DNA from: Pseudomonadota bacterium
GTDB taxonomy: Bacteria; Desulfobacterota; Desulfobacteria; Desulfobacterales; JBDRRP01
Length of the DNA stretch: 64,000 nt
Direction of reading: 5' to 3'
Assembly (NCBI GenBank): GCA_043825735.1
Contig: JBDRRP010000155.1
Location: forward strand, 1-64,000
A program made the translations under genes and the position numbers. The notes under the pieces were generated by a model. That model was not told the origin of the DNA, ran no database searches, and was given only the letters and a program-made list of their open reading frames with translations. This document shows positions 47,976 to 57,800 of this stretch, piece after piece. Each line of letters starts with the position of its first letter. Position 1 is the first letter of the stretch.

Positions 47976-48830
47976 ATGACTACCGACATCAAAACTTTCG
48001 GCGTCATCGGCGCCGGCCAGATGGGCAACGGTATCGCACAGGTTGCCGCAGCAGCCGGCTGCAACGTTGTTATGATGGACATCAAGACCGAATTTGTTGA
48101 ACGGGGCCTGGCCGCTATCGGTAAAAACCTCGGCAGGGCCGTGGACAAGGGAAAGATGGCAACCGCTGACAAGGATGCCGTTCTGGACCGTATTCGCCCG
48201 AGCACGAACATCGCCGACATGGGGGCCGCGGATTTTGTCGTAGAGGCGGCAACCGAGAACGAAACCCTCAAATTCAAAATCTTCAAAGACCTGGATGCCG
48301 CCTGCCCAGATCATGCCATCTTGTCCACCAACACGTCGTCCATTCCCATCGGCCGCATCGCAGCCCAGACCGCTCGCCCGGATAAAGTCATCGGCATGCA
48401 CTTCATGAATCCGGTGCCCGTCATGAAGCTGGTGGAAGTCATCCGTGGGCTCGCTACCAGTCAGGAGACCTTTCAGATCACCTGGGATCTTTCCATCGCC
48501 TTTGGTAAAACACCGGCCGAAGCCAACGACTTTCCTGGCTTCATCGCCAACCGCATCCTCATGCCCATGATCAACGAGGCGGTGTTTTGCCTCTACCACG
48601 GGGTCGGATCCGCCGAGGCCATCGACACGGTGATGAAACTCGGCATGAACCATCCCATGGGCCCGCTGGCCCTGGCTGATCTCATCGGCCTGGATACGTG
48701 TCTCGCCATCATGGAAACCCTTTTCGACGGGTTCAAGGATCCCAAGTACCGTCCCTGCCCCTTGCTGAGAAAATACGTGGAGGCCGGCTGGCTCGGCCGA
48801 AAAACAGGCAAGGGATTTTACACCTATTAA
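47976..48830 (+). CDS. hbd: 3-hydroxybutyryl-CoA dehydrogenase
   Basis: [46 protein letters not shown]. Confidence 0.92.
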   Translation: MTTDIKTFGVIGAGQMGNGIAQVAAAAGCNVVMMDIKTEFVERGLAAIGKNLGRAVDKGKMATADKDAVLDRIRPSTNIADMGAADFVVEAATENETLKFKIFKDLDAACPDHAILSTNTSSIPIGRIAAQTARPDKVIGMHFMNPVPVMKLVEVIRGLATSQETFQITWDLSIAFGKTPAEANDFPGFIANRILMPMINEAVFCLYHGVGSAEAIDTVMKLGMNHPMGPLALADLIGLDTCLAIMETLFDGFKDPKYRPCPLLRKYVEAGWLGRKTGKGFYTY

Positions 48831-48908
48831 CCGGTTGACCCGGCGCGGTCGGCGGCGATGCAGCCACCGGCGACGGCACCGCGGGGCAATCAACCAGGAG
48901 GCCGTTCC

Positions 48909-49463
48909 ATGCCAAGAAAAAAAAAGACCGGGCTGACTCCGGTAGGGCAGAAAATCAAAACCGTGCGTCAGGGCAAAAAGATGTCTCTGGACAACCTGGC
49001 CAATGAGACGGGTTTTTCCACCGACTACCTCAAGCAGATCGAAGCCGGAGATGAAATGCCCCCCGTCGGGGCGCTCCTGCAGATTTCCCGCGCGCTCCAG
49101 ATCGACTCGGCCCTCTTCCTGCGGGAAGAAGAAGAGTCAAAACTCAGCGACCGGATCCAGGCCTACGCCAAACGCACCGACAACTACGCCTATGTGACCC
49201 TCACTCCGGGAGCGGAAAACAAGCACCTCAAAGCATTCAAGGTGACCATCGATGCCTTGAGCGACCACAAGGGCGTCGGCTACCAGCACGAAGGGGAAGA
49301 ATTCGTCTACGTTCTCAAGGGGCAGATCGCGGTAACCGTCGGCGACCATGTCAACACGCTCAAACGGGGGGACTCCCTGCATTTCAATTCCGGCATCCAC
49401 CACAACCTGAAAAACGTTGGCCGGGACGCAGCGGAAATGCTGGTGGTGATCTACGGCCCGTAA
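48909..49463 (+). CDS. XRE-family HTH / cupin regulator
   Basis: HTH plus HEGEEFVYVLKG. AGGAGG RBS. Confidence 0.9.
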   Translation: MPRKKKTGLTPVGQKIKTVRQGKKMSLDNLANETGFSTDYLKQIEAGDEMPPVGALLQISRALQIDSALFLREEEESKLSDRIQAYAKRTDNYAYVTLTPGAENKHLKAFKVTIDALSDHKGVGYQHEGEEFVYVLKGQIAVTVGDHVNTLKRGDSLHFNSGIHHNLKNVGRDAAEMLVVIYGP

Positions 49464-49480
49464 GCAGCCCACAGGGAGCA

Positions 49481-50647
49481 ATGGAAATGTTTAAACTCAC
49501 AGAAGAGCAGTTGATGATCCAGAGCATGGTCCGGGAATTCGCACGCAAGGTGGTGATGCCCACTGCGGCCGAACGGGATAAAACCAAGGCGTTCCCTGCC
49601 GAGAACTTCCGGCAGATGGGGGAACTCGGCCTCATGGGAATGATGATCCCCCTGGAATACGAAGGCGCCGGCGCGGACTGTGTGAGCTATGTGCTGGCGC
49701 TCATGGAGATTGCCTATGCCTGTGCCTCCACGGCAGTGGTCATGAGCGTTCAAAATTCCATCGTCTGCGAAAGCCTTTACAAATTCGGCAACACCGCGCA
49801 GAAAGAAAAGTATCTCAAACCGCTGGCCGCAGGAGAAATTATCGGCGCCTTCGCCCTCACCGAACCCCATGCCGGCAGCGATCCGGTAAGCCAGTCCGCT
49901 ACGGCCGTAAAAGACGGCGACCACTACATCCTCAATGGCACCAAACGTTTCATCACATCCGGCCAGAACTGCCAGGTGGTCATCGTCACCGCAAAGACCG
50001 ATGAGGCCGCCCGGCACAAGGGCATCAGTGTCTTGATTGTAGACAAGGGTACCCCTGGGCTGACGGTGGGCCATGTGGAGGACAAAATGGGGCTGCGAGC
50101 CTCGGACACCACCGATTTGATCTTTGAAAACTGCCGGGTGCCTGTGGAGAACCTTCTGGGAAAAGAGGGCGACGGGTTCAAGATCGCCATGAGCGGGCTG
50201 GATGGCGGGCGCATCGGCATCGCCGCCCAGTCGGTGGGCGTGGCCCGGGCCGCGCTGGATGCGGCGATCAAATACGCCAAAGAGCGGGAACAGTTCGGCC
50301 AATCCATTTCAAAATTTCAGGGAATCCGCTGGATCGTAGCCGATATGGCCACCGAAGTAGAGGCTGCCCGGCAGCTAATGCTCAGCGCGGCCGCCATGAA
50401 GGACCGTGGTGAGAAGGTCGGCACTCAGGCCTCAATGGCCAAACTTTTTGCTTCGGAAATGGTCAACCGGATCACCGCAAAGGCGCTTCAGATACACGGT
50501 GGTTACGGCTTCACCACCGACTACCCGGTGGAGCGTTACTACCGGGACGCCCGGGTATTCACCATCTACGAGGGGACCTCGGAAATCCAGCGTATCGTGA
50601 TTTCCAACAACATCTTCAAAGACAAGCGCCAGCCGCAGACAGGGTGA
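49481..50647 (+). CDS. Acyl-CoA dehydrogenase (butyryl-CoA dehydrogenase-like)
   Basis: FALTEP.AGSD, KMGLRAS, QIHGGYG, IYEGTSEIQ. Confidence 0.92.
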   Translation: MEMFKLTEEQLMIQSMVREFARKVVMPTAAERDKTKAFPAENFRQMGELGLMGMMIPLEYEGAGADCVSYVLALMEIAYACASTAVVMSVQNSIVCESLYKFGNTAQKEKYLKPLAAGEIIGAFALTEPHAGSDPVSQSATAVKDGDHYILNGTKRFITSGQNCQVVIVTAKTDEAARHKGISVLIVDKGTPGLTVGHVEDKMGLRASDTTDLIFENCRVPVENLLGKEGDGFKIAMSGLDGGRIGIAAQSVGVARAALDAAIKYAKEREQFGQSISKFQGIRWIVADMATEVEAARQLMLSAAAMKDRGEKVGTQASMAKLFASEMVNRITAKALQIHGGYGFTTDYPVERYYRDARVFTIYEGTSEIQRIVISNNIFKDKRQPQTG

Positions 50648-50704
50648 CAGGCCCCAATGGCCGCGAATGTCGCCCGGCACCAAACGGATTGCCGGCGACA
50701 AACC

Positions 50705-50741
50705 ATCCAAATCGAAATCGGGATCGCTATCGAAATCGAAA
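50705..50741. repeat. ATCG-hexamer tandem repeat arm
   Basis: ATCCAAATCGAAATCGGGATCGCTATCGAAATCGAAA; same family as 5440-5514. Confidence 0.75.
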
Positions 50742-50861
50742 CGGCATTGTGGCGTTGGCAGGCCCACAGAAGCATCAGGAGGAGGCCAAGCATCTGGGTT
50801 GATGCTTGGCTTCGCGGTGATCTGAGCCAAAAATCTTTTGAGATGGGTTATCGTCGCTGAA

Positions 50862-51344
50862 TCACGCGTTAAAAACACGTGAGGCCAGATCAATGTCTTC
50901 GGGGCAGAAGACAAAGAGGCACTGGGCGTCGGGGCCGGCGACGGACCCGTAGACGTAGTTGATGTTGATCCCCTCTTCGCCGAACTTTGAAGCCAGTGCA
51001 GCCAGGGTGCCGGGGTGGTTGTCCAACTGGACAGCGATCACCGGCATGATATCGAAAACATAGTCGGCCTTGCTGAGCAGGTCGATGGCGGCGTCGGTCT
51101 TGTCCACGATAAATCGGATCAGGGCAAATTCAACGGAATCCTTGCGCATGGAATTGTAGCTGGCCGCAGAGGCGATGCGCTTGAGCGACTTGCCCCGCGC
51201 CTTGAACAGCTCCTTGACGTAGTCCGAGGCGTCCTGAATGGTCATGGCATCGATGTTGATGTTGTTGCCGGACATCAGCGTTGCCAGTTTCCCCAGTTCT
51301 CCAGGGGCGTTTCTCAAAAAAAGCGAAATCTCGGTTCTGACCAT
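50862..51344 (-). CDS. ACT-domain protein
   Basis: ISLFLRNAPGELG and AVQLDNHPGTLA....GININYVY, i.e. two ACT units. Confidence 0.8.
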   Translation of the reverse strand: MVRTEISLFLRNAPGELGKLATLMSGNNINIDAMTIQDASDYVKELFKARGKSLKRIASAASYNSMRKDSVEFALIRFIVDKTDAAIDLLSKADYVFDIMPVIAVQLDNHPGTLAALASKFGEEGININYVYGSVAGPDAQCLFVFCPEDIDLASRVFNA

Positions 51345-51499
51345 GATGTCTCTCCTGGTAACGATGCCCGGCGAAGCCGTTCAGACGGCTGCCAGATAAG
51401 GATATGATAACTTGAGGCGCCTTCGTAGTATATAAACGGAATGCCGGGGAGCGTCAACTCGCTTTTAGCCGGCACGATGAGCGACCTTTCAACAAGCGG

Positions 51500-51901
51500 T
51501 TAGTCATCTTCCCAGGAGGGTTCACCATCGGGAAACATGTCATCGTCGCCCATGGAAAGGCGGTCGGAAAGGGCGTCGGAATCGACGGCGTTGTACAGCA
51601 GAATGTTTTTTAGGTGAAAGTAGCTGTCGAGATCGACGGTGTTGAAAACGATGCCGAAACCGGCGTCATCTTCTCTCACCACACGGCCGTCGATATTGAG
51701 GGTCAATTGACTGGAGGCGCCGGTGAGTTGCAGTTCCAGACCGCAGTGCGTGCCGATGCCGAGGCGTTTGTCTGTTTCGACATAAATCCCCTTTAGGCTG
51801 ATGTTGCGAGTATCTGCGCCGCTGACGATCCGCTGGCCCTTGCAAAAAACGGTTACCTGTGCTGAAAACGCCACACGTTCATGGGTTCGTTTGTTTTCCA
51901 T
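51500..51901 (-). CDS. PilZ-domain protein
   Basis: RxxxR (KRTHERV) and NISLKG motifs. Confidence 0.85.
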   Translation of the reverse strand: MENKRTHERVAFSAQVTVFCKGQRIVSGADTRNISLKGIYVETDKRLGIGTHCGLELQLTGASSQLTLNIDGRVVREDDAGFGIVFNTVDLDSYFHLKNILLYNAVDSDALSDRLSMGDDDMFPDGEPSWEDD

Positions 51902-52141
51902 AGGTCCCTCCCGGCTGGTTGACATCCCGACTGCGGGATGCCCACTGTGGTCACTATCGCCGATTCCGCCTATTTCTAAATCGTTTCCAAGAGGTCTGTC
52001 AACGGGATAGCCCCTGAGAGACCAATTGTTGAGCACCGCGACCAGAAGACATTTTCCAGAAAGAAAGCCGCGGCAACGGGGATTGACACCGGCACGATAA
52101 CATAGTTATATTCTTGGAAAATTAACAGAGGCGCGCTACTC

Positions 52142-53113
52142 ATGACCGTAAAACCCACCATCATTCCTATCGCCGCCGGCAAAGGGGGCGTGGGCAAATC
52201 TCTGCTGACGGCCAATCTGGCCCTGTGCCTCTCGCGCATGGGCCGACGCACCATCGCTGTTGATTTGGATTTAGGCGGGGCCAACCTCCACCATTTCCTG
52301 GGCGTTCAAAACAAGCATCCGGGCATCGGTGATTTTCTCGTGGCCAGACAGGGTGAATTGATCGATTATCTGGTCCCCCTGGATAACGATCGCCTGCACT
52401 TCATCCCCGGCGACGGCAAAACCCCGTTTATGGCCAATCTGGCCCATACCCAAAAATTGAAATTGATTAACCGGATCCTAAAGCTACCGGCCGATGTGGT
52501 CCTCCTCGATCTAGGCGCCGGTTCCGCTTTCAACACGCTCGACTTTTTCGGGCTTTCGGACCAAGGGATCGTGGTGACCACCCCCGACATCCTGGCCGTG
52601 GTGAGCATGCTCAGTTTCTTGAAACACGCCCTGCTCAGATCAATGGAAAGAAGTCTGGTCAATTACCGATCGGCGCAGGCGGTACTCAAGGAAGGGTTTC
52701 GCAATCCCATGGCGGATCAAGTCCCCACGATTGCGCATTTTCACGAAATGATCGCCAAGGAAGACCCGGCAGCCGCCCGAATGGTCATTGATCGTCATCG
52801 CCGGTGGCGTCCGCGCATCATCTTCAATCGCGGCAGGAAACCGGAAGACTCCCTTCTGGCGGACCAGATCAGTCAGAGCCTCAAAGGGATCCTCCAAGTC
52901 GAAGCCGACTACTTCGGCTTTATTTTTGAAGACCCGGCCATCGAAGCGGCGATGAAAAACCGGGCACCGCTGACGGCCATTTACCCAGATAGCATGGCGG
53001 CTCAGAATATCGCCCGTATCGCCGAACGGATCGCAAAGTACTGGGATCGCAAAATCCCAAACAGCGCCGAGCTCATCTACGCCCATGTCTCCGAGGTCTA
53101 CAAAAAACCGTGA
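52142..53113 (+). CDS. MinD/FleN-like P-loop ATPase
   Basis: GKGGVGKS, DLDLGGANLH, LDLGAG. Confidence 0.85.
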   Translation: MTVKPTIIPIAAGKGGVGKSLLTANLALCLSRMGRRTIAVDLDLGGANLHHFLGVQNKHPGIGDFLVARQGELIDYLVPLDNDRLHFIPGDGKTPFMANLAHTQKLKLINRILKLPADVVLLDLGAGSAFNTLDFFGLSDQGIVVTTPDILAVVSMLSFLKHALLRSMERSLVNYRSAQAVLKEGFRNPMADQVPTIAHFHEMIAKEDPAAARMVIDRHRRWRPRIIFNRGRKPEDSLLADQISQSLKGILQVEADYFGFIFEDPAIEAAMKNRAPLTAIYPDSMAAQNIARIAERIAKYWDRKIPNSAELIYAHVSEVYKKP

Positions 53114-53154
53114 GGGGGGCTTCCACTGCGTGAAAGCCCCCCTCACGGTTTTTT
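53102..53154. terminator. Bidirectional terminator between convergent genes
   Basis: A6-CCGTGAGGGGGGCTT...AAGCCCCCCTCACGG-T6. Confidence 0.85.
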
Positions 53155-53204
53155 AAGGTGCTAATGGATTGTCGGCACCTTACAAGTCGGCTTCGCCTTA
53201 TTCA

Positions 53205-53260
53205 GTCATCCCTGCGACCTGTCCGCCATAGCGCAGCGACGTCGGAAGGCCGAGATCCAG
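53205..53260 (+). repeat. GTCATCCC...GATCCAG REP-like unit interrupted by a 29-nt hairpin insert
   Basis: GTCATCCCTGCGA[CCTGTCCGCCATAGCGCAGCGACGTCGGA]AGGCCGAGATCCAG. Confidence 0.6.
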
Positions 53261-53308
53261 TTATTTCAGATCTGAGCCGAAAGGTGCCCTTTTGGGACGG
53301 GCACTACT

Positions 53309-54823
53309 TTAAACACCGCCATATTTCTTCTTAACCGCCGCCCGGTCCGGTTTGCCGTTTTTCAGCAGCGGCATCGCTTCGGCAAATTCCACATACTGGG
53401 GTTTTTTGTAGCGCGCGATGCGCTCTCCCACAAAAGCAATCAGCGCCTCAGCCGTCAATCGACTACCGTCTTTGAGACGGCACACCGCCTTGATTCCTTC
53501 CTTCCATTTGGGATCCGGCACGCCGAACACCACTGTCGCTGCCACATCGGGATGCTCCAGAATCGCCGCCTCCACCTCCGCCGGATAAACGTTCTCTCCC
53601 CCCGGCTTGATGAGTTCCTTATCAGGTCTGCGGCCGGCATAAATGAGGTAGCCGCCGTCGTCGATCTTGCCCATATCGCCGGTGTGATGCCAACCGCCGC
53701 GAAAAGCGTTGGCGGTGTCCTGCTCCAGGTTCCAGTAGCCCTTGAAAACGGTCGGTCCCTTGACCGCGATTTCGCCCACCTCCCCTGGTGCGACGGTGTT
53801 GTCGTCTTCGTCCACCAGGCGCACAGCTGCAAGGGGCACGGTCTTTCCCGCAGAGCCAGGCCGTTCCCGGTAGGGGGCAAGCGTGGAGATACAGGAGGTT
53901 TCGGTCTGTCCGTACATGCAATAGAAGGTACCGCCGGTATCGGCGTGGTAGCGTTCGATGGTCTCCGGTGCTTCGAGGCCGATCACTTTCTGAAGGGTGG
54001 CGACAGATTTCCCGGTAGCTTCAGCCGCGTTGAGGATTTCTCCGAGAATGGGCGTAAAATCAAAAAGAAGGCTCACCTTTTTTTTCTCGATAAGCGCGGC
54101 GGCCGATGGTCCATCAAATTTACGCATGTTGACGTTCAGGGCGCCGGCGTGAAAGGCGCTGATAGCCATGAACAGCCCCCCCACATGAAACAGGGGCAGC
54201 AGATTCAAGTGGACGTCGGCGGGGGTCACTCCAAGACCGTAGCCGATGTTCATATTGGCCGCAAGAACATTGGCATGGCTGAGCAAAGCCCCCCTGGGGC
54301 GCCCTGCCACGGCGGCGGTATGAATGATCACAAACCCGTCGTCAGAGAAAACATCCGTCCGGCGGAACACCCCGTCATTGTCAATGAGCGCGTCGAAATC
54401 GCCAAAAGTGCCGCCTAAAAGATTTCGGCAAATCTCCACGGAGGGAATCCGGTCCAAGACACCGTGGATCAACCCCTGGTATTCCTCGTCGACAAAAAGG
54501 ACCTTCGGCTCGCAGTCGTTAAGGTTGAAAATCACCTCGTCTTCTGACAGCCGCCAGTTGATGGGCAGGACGATGGCGCCCAAAGCGGCAGCGGCCCCAT
54601 AGACCAGAAAATACTCCAAGCTGTTTTTCCCCAACACACCGATGCGGTCTCCCTTTGAAACACCGATCTGCTGCAAGCCAACAGCCAGTCGATCGACCTG
54701 CTCTCGAACGGCCGAAAAGGAGCGTTCACGCCCATCGGCCGCTTCAAACCAGGCCGGCGCGCCGCAATGCAGATCTGCATTGCGGCAGATCATGTCATAA
54801 CAGGTAAAATCGTGAAGTCCCAT
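53309..54823 (-). CDS. AMP-dependent acyl-CoA ligase
   Basis: LPLFHVGG, YGQTET, HTGD, KPGGENVYPAEVE, NGKPDR. Atypical P-loop HTAAVAGRPRG. Confidence 0.88.
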   Translation of the reverse strand: MGLHDFTCYDMICRNADLHCGAPAWFEAADGRERSFSAVREQVDRLAVGLQQIGVSKGDRIGVLGKNSLEYFLVYGAAAALGAIVLPINWRLSEDEVIFNLNDCEPKVLFVDEEYQGLIHGVLDRIPSVEICRNLLGGTFGDFDALIDNDGVFRRTDVFSDDGFVIIHTAAVAGRPRGALLSHANVLAANMNIGYGLGVTPADVHLNLLPLFHVGGLFMAISAFHAGALNVNMRKFDGPSAAALIEKKKVSLLFDFTPILGEILNAAEATGKSVATLQKVIGLEAPETIERYHADTGGTFYCMYGQTETSCISTLAPYRERPGSAGKTVPLAAVRLVDEDDNTVAPGEVGEIAVKGPTVFKGYWNLEQDTANAFRGGWHHTGDMGKIDDGGYLIYAGRRPDKELIKPGGENVYPAEVEAAILEHPDVAATVVFGVPDPKWKEGIKAVCRLKDGSRLTAEALIAFVGERIARYKKPQYVEFAEAMPLLKNGKPDRAAVKKKYGGV

Positions 54824-54948
54824 CTGTGAACAAAGCCTCCTTACAGACGCCCATGCGCCGATGGTCACACCGGCGTCGTGCTACTACCGGCGGCGCCCGG
54901 TCACACTAAGCTGGCCGGCGCCCTCTCCGCATCTGCCGCCATCAATAT

Positions 54949-55344
54949 TCAGGGTTTCACCGTGGTAACGGGGCAATGAGCTTTGAGAATAATGTATTGG
55001 GCCGTGGAGCCCAGCAGCAACTTGCCCAGTCGCGACGTTTTCTCAATGCCGAGAAAGATATGGTCGATGTCGTTTTCTTTGGCGAAGTAAACCAGATCTT
55101 CCCCCGGAGACATCCCGCGGACGAGTTGACTGAGTTCATATGGGATCCCCTCGGAGGCCATCAGCGCTTTTGCTTCGTTGAGAATTTCCGAAGCCCGGCT
55201 GATGTCTTCTGGTTTCTCGCTACTGCCCCCTTCCATGGAAGTCATGACATAGACGGTAGCTTTGAAGGCCCGTGCGTATTGCACCGCTTCATCCAGCGCC
55301 AGCCTGGATGCCTTGGATCCATTGTACCCCACAAGGACTTTCAT
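54949..55344 (-). CDS. Universal stress protein
   Basis: VLVGYNGS..S..AL; LLLGSTAQYII..A.CPV. Confidence 0.88.
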   Translation of the reverse strand: MKVLVGYNGSKASRLALDEAVQYARAFKATVYVMTSMEGGSSEKPEDISRASEILNEAKALMASEGIPYELSQLVRGMSPGEDLVYFAKENDIDHIFLGIEKTSRLGKLLLGSTAQYIILKAHCPVTTVKP

Positions 55345-55476
55345 CGTTTTCCCCTTTCCAGCGCTTCAATGGCGGCCTGTCGGCTGTACACCAGAGGCAA
55401 TCGCAAGGCAGACCGTCATCTGACCCGTCTGCCGGCAGGCGGGCAGAACACGCGTGCCGACAAGCCCGCGGCGAAC

Positions 55477-56292
55477 TTACATCCAGCGTTTCCGCCGCTT
55501 GTAGGATTTGACTTCCTTGAAAGACTTACGTCCTCCCCCCTCTGTGATGCCCATGTAGAACTCCTTGACGTCCGGGTTGTTTTTGAGCTCATGGGCAACC
55601 CCTTCGAGCACGATTTTCCCCGACTCCATGATGTACGCGTAGTCGGATACCTCAAGGGCAATCTTTGCATTTTGCTCCACCACCAGGATTGTGGTTTTCA
55701 GCTCCTTGTTGATGATCCGGACGTTTTCGAAAATTTCCTGAACCAGCAATGGGGCCAATCCCAGCGAGGGTTCGTCGAGCATGAGCATTTCCGGTGCAGC
55801 CATCAGTGCCCGGGCAATGGCGATCATCTGCTGCTCACCGCCGGAGCAGTATCCCGCCAGACGGTTGGGGATGTTAGCCAGACGCGGGAAGTGGGCGTAC
55901 ATCTTCTTGTGGTCCTGCCGGATCTGAGCCCCCCCGTCCTTTCGGGTTATGGATCCCACCCGGATGTTTTCATCGACGCTCAGGTGCTTGAAGACCCTGC
56001 GCCCCTCGGGAACCATCACAGCGCCGATCTTGACCACTTCGGTCCCAAGAACATTGGTGATGTCTTGACCGCTGAACTTGATGTATCCGTCCTTGATAAA
56101 ACCGTTTTCCGGCTTCAAGAGACCGCTGATAGCCCGCAGGGTTGTCGTCTTCCCGGCACCGTTGGTTCCCAGCAGTGCGACGATGCCACCCTTGGGTACC
56201 GTCAGACTGACACCCCGCAACACCTGCACGATGTCGTTGTAAACCACTTCGATATTGTTGACTTCCAGCAGGTTGTTATCCGTTGATTCCAT
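55477..56292 (-). CDS. Liv-type ABC transporter ATP-binding subunit (LivF-like)
   Basis: GTNGAGKTT, VPEGRRVF, SGGEQQM, LDEPSLGLAP, VEQNA. Confidence 0.92.
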   Translation of the reverse strand: MESTDNNLLEVNNIEVVYNDIVQVLRGVSLTVPKGGIVALLGTNGAGKTTTLRAISGLLKPENGFIKDGYIKFSGQDITNVLGTEVVKIGAVMVPEGRRVFKHLSVDENIRVGSITRKDGGAQIRQDHKKMYAHFPRLANIPNRLAGYCSGGEQQMIAIARALMAAPEMLMLDEPSLGLAPLLVQEIFENVRIINKELKTTILVVEQNAKIALEVSDYAYIMESGKIVLEGVAHELKNNPDVKEFYMGITEGGGRKSFKEVKSYKRRKRWM

Positions 56293-56456
56293 AAATTATC
56301 GCTCTATTGCCTGCCCGGTCTCGCCGGACTGAGAAAGGCTTTTTGTGCGCGCCGGTCCTGCCCGCCCGCAAACAGCGGGCAGGTGCCGGCGACAGTGACG
56401 ATTAACGCTCCGCCCCTGGAACGATCTTCCCTGAGCGGTCCCATCGTTTTGACGGT

Positions 56457-57722
56457 TTACTTGATCTTTTTCATGTAGACCGACTGGACAGGAAGCCCCA
56501 CGGCCTTGAACACGCCATCTTGCACGCGGTAGATCTGCAGCGTATCAACACCGGCTTTGTCCGTTTCCGAGTAAGTCACCGGACCGACGGTGGTGACCGG
56601 GTAGAAGGCGTCGATGCCGTTCATGGCCAGCAGCTGCTTGTAAAGGTTTTCACGATTGATGGTCTGACCGGCGGCCTTGGCGCGGCGGATGGTCTCGAAG
56701 GCCACCTGGGCCACCATGACGCCGTTGGTGTAGTTGTGGCTGTTGGCGGTCTTGTCGTCACGGCCATAGCGTTTGGCCAGAGCAATCTGGGCATCGGCGC
56801 CCGGACCCGGCTCTGAGGTCAGTGTATACGACGTGGTCCAGAAGAAGTTGTTCGCGGCGGGGCCGGCAAGCGCGATCAGGTCGGTGCCACCGGTGTAGTG
56901 GCAGCCCATGAAGGTGATCTTGTCTTTTTCGCCGAACTCACTGGCCACCAGATTAAGACGCTCGGCGTCCTTCAGGAATGTGGCCACCGGGCTTTGGACC
57001 GTCTGGCTGATGACATACTGCACGCCTTTGCTGGCCAGTCGCTGGAGGGTAGCGGTGCTGTCGAGGTCTTTGCCGTGCTCTACCACTTCGACGACTTCGA
57101 TGGGCAGACCCGCTTCGATCGCCTTTTGTACATCTTCAACCGGTCCACGGCCGAATGCCGACGGATGGATATACATGGCGACTTTCGCCTTGCCGCCACC
57201 CGGGTTGTTGTTGGCGATGTATTCTGCCAGGGCGATGGCCTGCTCGGAGTAGGAGGCAATCGGCAGGAAGATGTAGGTCGACCCATCAAGGTTACCCTTG
57301 TGGAAAGAGGCTGGGATGGTGGCGATCTTCGTTTCGTCGAAATCTTTTTTCAGGGCCATGGTGCTGCCCGTGGAATAGTTAAGATAAAGAACGATGCCCA
57401 TATTGAGAAATTCTTCGAAATTGCGTTTGGTCACGTCGGTCTTGTACTGGTCGTCGCGGATGGTGCACTCAATCTTGTCTTCACCCAATAGTTTTTCGTC
57501 ATTGACGAACTTGAAAAAGTCCTCAACGCCCATGGCGTATGGCTGCCCGGCGTCCGACGTTGGGCCGGATTGCGCCAATGAAAGGGCCAGCTTATAGACC
57601 TTGGCCTTTTCTACAGCTTTTTGGGCAACAGGCTTCGCCTCTTCCTTTTTGCCGCAGCTCACAAATAACCCTAGGCCGAACAAAACAGCGACGATCAAAG
57701 CAATTATCCCATTTCTTTTCAT
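56457..57722 (-). CDS. Liv-type ABC substrate-binding lipoprotein
   Basis: Lipobox FVSC; SGPTSDAG; operon context. Confidence 0.85.
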   Translation of the reverse strand: MKRNGIIALIVAVLFGLGLFVSCGKKEEAKPVAQKAVEKAKVYKLALSLAQSGPTSDAGQPYAMGVEDFFKFVNDEKLLGEDKIECTIRDDQYKTDVTKRNFEEFLNMGIVLYLNYSTGSTMALKKDFDETKIATIPASFHKGNLDGSTYIFLPIASYSEQAIALAEYIANNNPGGGKAKVAMYIHPSAFGRGPVEDVQKAIEAGLPIEVVEVVEHGKDLDSTATLQRLASKGVQYVISQTVQSPVATFLKDAERLNLVASEFGEKDKITFMGCHYTGGTDLIALAGPAANNFFWTTSYTLTSEPGPGADAQIALAKRYGRDDKTANSHNYTNGVMVAQVAFETIRRAKAAGQTINRENLYKQLLAMNGIDAFYPVTTVGPVTYSETDKAGVDTLQIYRVQDGVFKAVGLPVQSVYMKKIK

Positions 57723-57800
57723 CTGCTCCCCCTTCATTCTTAGGTGGTTTGGTGTGGCTATCCATGAATCGATACAAACATCGTTGCCTCCCCTTATGAA

